Shown here: one piece after another, positions 61,441 to 64,000 of the stretch
Layout: each line of letters begins with the position of its first letter
How positions within the stretch are numbered: the stretch's first letter is position 1
DNA from: Mobula hypostoma
Taxonomy: Eukaryota
Length of the DNA stretch: 64,000 nt
Assembly (NCBI RefSeq): GCF_963921235.1
Contig: NC_086108.1
Location: forward strand, 112,408,001 to 112,472,000
Reading direction: 5' to 3'
Program-made: the position numbers and the translations under genes
The notes under the pieces: generated by a model
Databases searched by the model: none
What the model was told of the DNA's origin: nothing
The model's input: the letters and a program-made list of their open reading frames with translations, nothing else

Positions 61441-64000
61441 ACCTTGGTTCTCAAGGGATATTGCAACTCTGATAAAGAAGAAGAGAGAGTTGTATGACAT
61501 GTATAGGAAGCAGGGAGTAAATAAGACGCTTGAGGAGTATAAGAAGTGCAAGAAAATACTTAAGAAAGAAATCAGGAGGGCTAAAAGAAGACATGAGGTT
61601 GCCTTGGCAGTCAAAGTGAAGGATAATCCAAAGAGCTTTTACAGGTATATTAAGAGCAAAAGGATTGTAAGGGATAAAATTGGTCCTCTTGAAGATCAGA
61701 GTGGTCGCCTATGTGCGGAACCGAAGGAAATGGGGGAGATCTTAAATATGTTTTTTGCATCTGTATTTACTAAGGAAACTGGCATGAAGTCTATGGAATT
61801 AGGGGAAACAAGTAGTGAGATCATGGAAACTGTACAGATTGAAAAGGAGGAGGTGCTTGCTGTCTTGAGGAAAATTAAAGTGGATAAATAGTGGGGTACC
61901 GCAAGGCTCAGTGCTGGGACCCCAGTTGTTTACAATATATATTAATGACTTGGATGAGGGAATTAAATGCAGCATCTCCAAGTTTGCGGATGACACAAAG
62001 CTGGGCGGCAGTGTTAGCAGTGAGGAGGATGCTAAGAGGATGCAGGGTGACTTGGATAGGTTGGGTGAGTGGGCAAACTCATGGCAGATGCAATTTAATG
62101 TGGATAAATGTGAAGTTATCCACTTTGGTGGCAAAAATAGGAAAACAGATTATTATCTGAATGGTGGCCGATTAGGAAAAGGGGAGGTGCAACGAGACCT
62201 GGGTGTCATTATACACCAGTCATTGAAAGTGGGCATGCAGGTACAGCAGGCGGTGAAAAAGGCGAACGGTATGCTGGCATTTATAGCGAGAGGATTCGAG
62301 TACAGGAGCAGGGAGGTACTACTGCAGTTGTACAAGGCCTTGGTGAGACCACACCTGGAGTATTGTGTGCAGTTTTGGTCCCCTAATCTGAGGAAAGACA
62401 TCTTTGCCATAGAGGGAGTACAAAGAAGGTTCACCAGATTGATTCCTGGGATGGCAGGTCTTTCATATGAAGAAAGACTGGATGAACTGGGCTTGTACTC
62501 GTTGGAATTTAGAAGATTGAGGGGGGATCTGATTGAAACGTATAAGATCCTAAAGGGATTGGACAGGCTAGATGCGGGAAGATTGTTCCCGATGTTGGGG
62601 AGGTCTAGAACGAGGGGTCACAGTTTGAGGATAGAGGGGAAGCCTTTTAGGACCGAGGTTAGGAAAAACTTCTTCACACAGAGAGTGGTGAATCTGTGGA
62701 ACTCTCTGCCACAGCAAACTGTTGAGGCCAGTTCATTAGCTATGTTTAAAAGGAAGTTAGATATGGCCCTTGTGGCTACAGGGGTCAGGGGGTATGGAGG
62801 GAAGGCTGGGTTCTGAGTTGGATGATCAGCCATGATCATAATAAATGGCGGTGCAGGCTCGAAGGGCCGAATGGCCTACTCCTGCACCTATTTTCTATGT
62901 TTCTATGTTTCTAAATCCCCGGGACCTGACAGGGTGTTCCCTCGGACCTTGAAGGAGACTAGTGTTGAAATTGCAGGGGCCCTGGCAGAAATATTTAAAA
63001 TGTCGCTGTCTACAGGTGAGGTGCCGGAGGATTGGAGAGTGGCTCATGTTGTTCCGTTGTTTAAAAAAGGATCGAAAAGTAATCCGGGAAATTATAGGCC
63101 GGTAAATTTAACGTCGGTAGTAGGTAAGTTATTGGAGGGAGTACTAAGAGACAGAATCTACAAGCATTTGGATAGACAGGGACTCATTAGGGAGAGTCAA
63201 CATGGCTTTGTGCGTGGCAGGTCATGTTTGACCAATCTGTTGGAGTTTTTCGAGGAGGTTACCAGGAAAGTGGATGAAGGGAAGGCAGTGGATGGTGTCG
63301 ACATGGACTTCAGTAAGGCCTTTGACAAGGTCCCGCATGGGAGGTTAGTTAGGAAAATTCAGTCGCTAGGTATACATGGAGAGGTGGTAAATTGGATCAG
63401 ACATTGGCTCAATGGAAGAAGCCAAAGAGTGGTAGTAGAGAATTGCTTCTCCGAGTGGAGGCCTGTGACTAGTGGTGTGCCACAGGGATCAGTGCTGGGT
63501 CCATTGTTATTTGTCATCTATATCAATGATCTGGATGATAATGTGGTAAATTGGATCAGCAAATTTGCTGATGATACAAAGATTGGAGGTGTAGTAGACA
63601 GCGAGGAAGGTTTTCAGAGCCTGCAGAGGGACTTGGACCAGCTGGAAAAATGGGCTGAAAAATGGCAGATGGAGTTTAATGCAGACAAATGTGAGGTATT
63701 GCATGTTGGAAGGACAAACCAAGGTAGAACATACAGGGTTAATGGTAAGGCACTGAGGAGTGCAGTGGAACAGAGGGATCTGGGAATACAGATATAAAAT
63801 TCCCTAAAAGTGTCGTCACAGGTAGATAGGGTCGTAAAGAGAGCTTTTGGTACATTGGCCTTTATTAATCAAAGTATTGAGTATAAGAGCTGGAATGTTA
63901 TGATGAGGTTGTATAAGGCATTGGTGAGGCCGAATCTGGAGTATTGTGTTCAGTTTTGGTCACCAAATTACAGGAAGGATATAAATAAGGTTGAAAGAGT
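61441..64000 (+). mobile_element. CR1 LINE ORF2 (runs off the window), interrupted by another CR1
   Basis: ORF 61490-61891 ends IKVDK and resumes SPGPD at ~62916; RT motifs open through 63797. Confidence 0.93.
61890..62911 (+). mobile_element. Young 5'-truncated CR1 of a different subfamily nested in CR1
   Basis: TAAAT duplicated at 61885-61889 and 62912-62916; open 301-aa frame; (TTCTATGT)n tail. Confidence 0.92.

Overview
This is non-coding, repeat-saturated eukaryotic DNA. The repeat families suggest a vertebrate, most likely a cartilaginous fish such as a ray (inference). I found no recognisable host protein-coding gene. Every long ORF belongs to a transposable element: many CR1-clade LINEs (APE endonuclease-RT ORF2, SGNH-esterase ORF1 remnants), Rex1/Babar-type LINE fragments, Penelope-like elements (PLE; RT plus GIY-YIG, Neptune-like Cys-rich linker), a solo LTR, a fragmented Gypsy element, a Passport-like Tc1 DNA transposon and tRNA-derived V-SINEs, heavily nested. 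The most interesting structures are these. (1) About ten PLE ends carry a minimal hammerhead ribozyme motif (AGTC-CTGAnGA...GAAACGTC-GACT). (2) Two ~190-bp palindromic mini-insertions with 13-bp target-site duplications are built from that PLE end, one with an intact hammerhead at the hairpin apex. (3) A 42-bp minisatellite has a unit resembling a full CTCF site (core plus upstream motif) and was hit twice by PLEs at almost the same position. A few unique islands carry splice-like signals and may be exons. Boundaries of old degenerate repeats are approximate (tens of bp); boundaries defined by target-site duplications were counted base by base.
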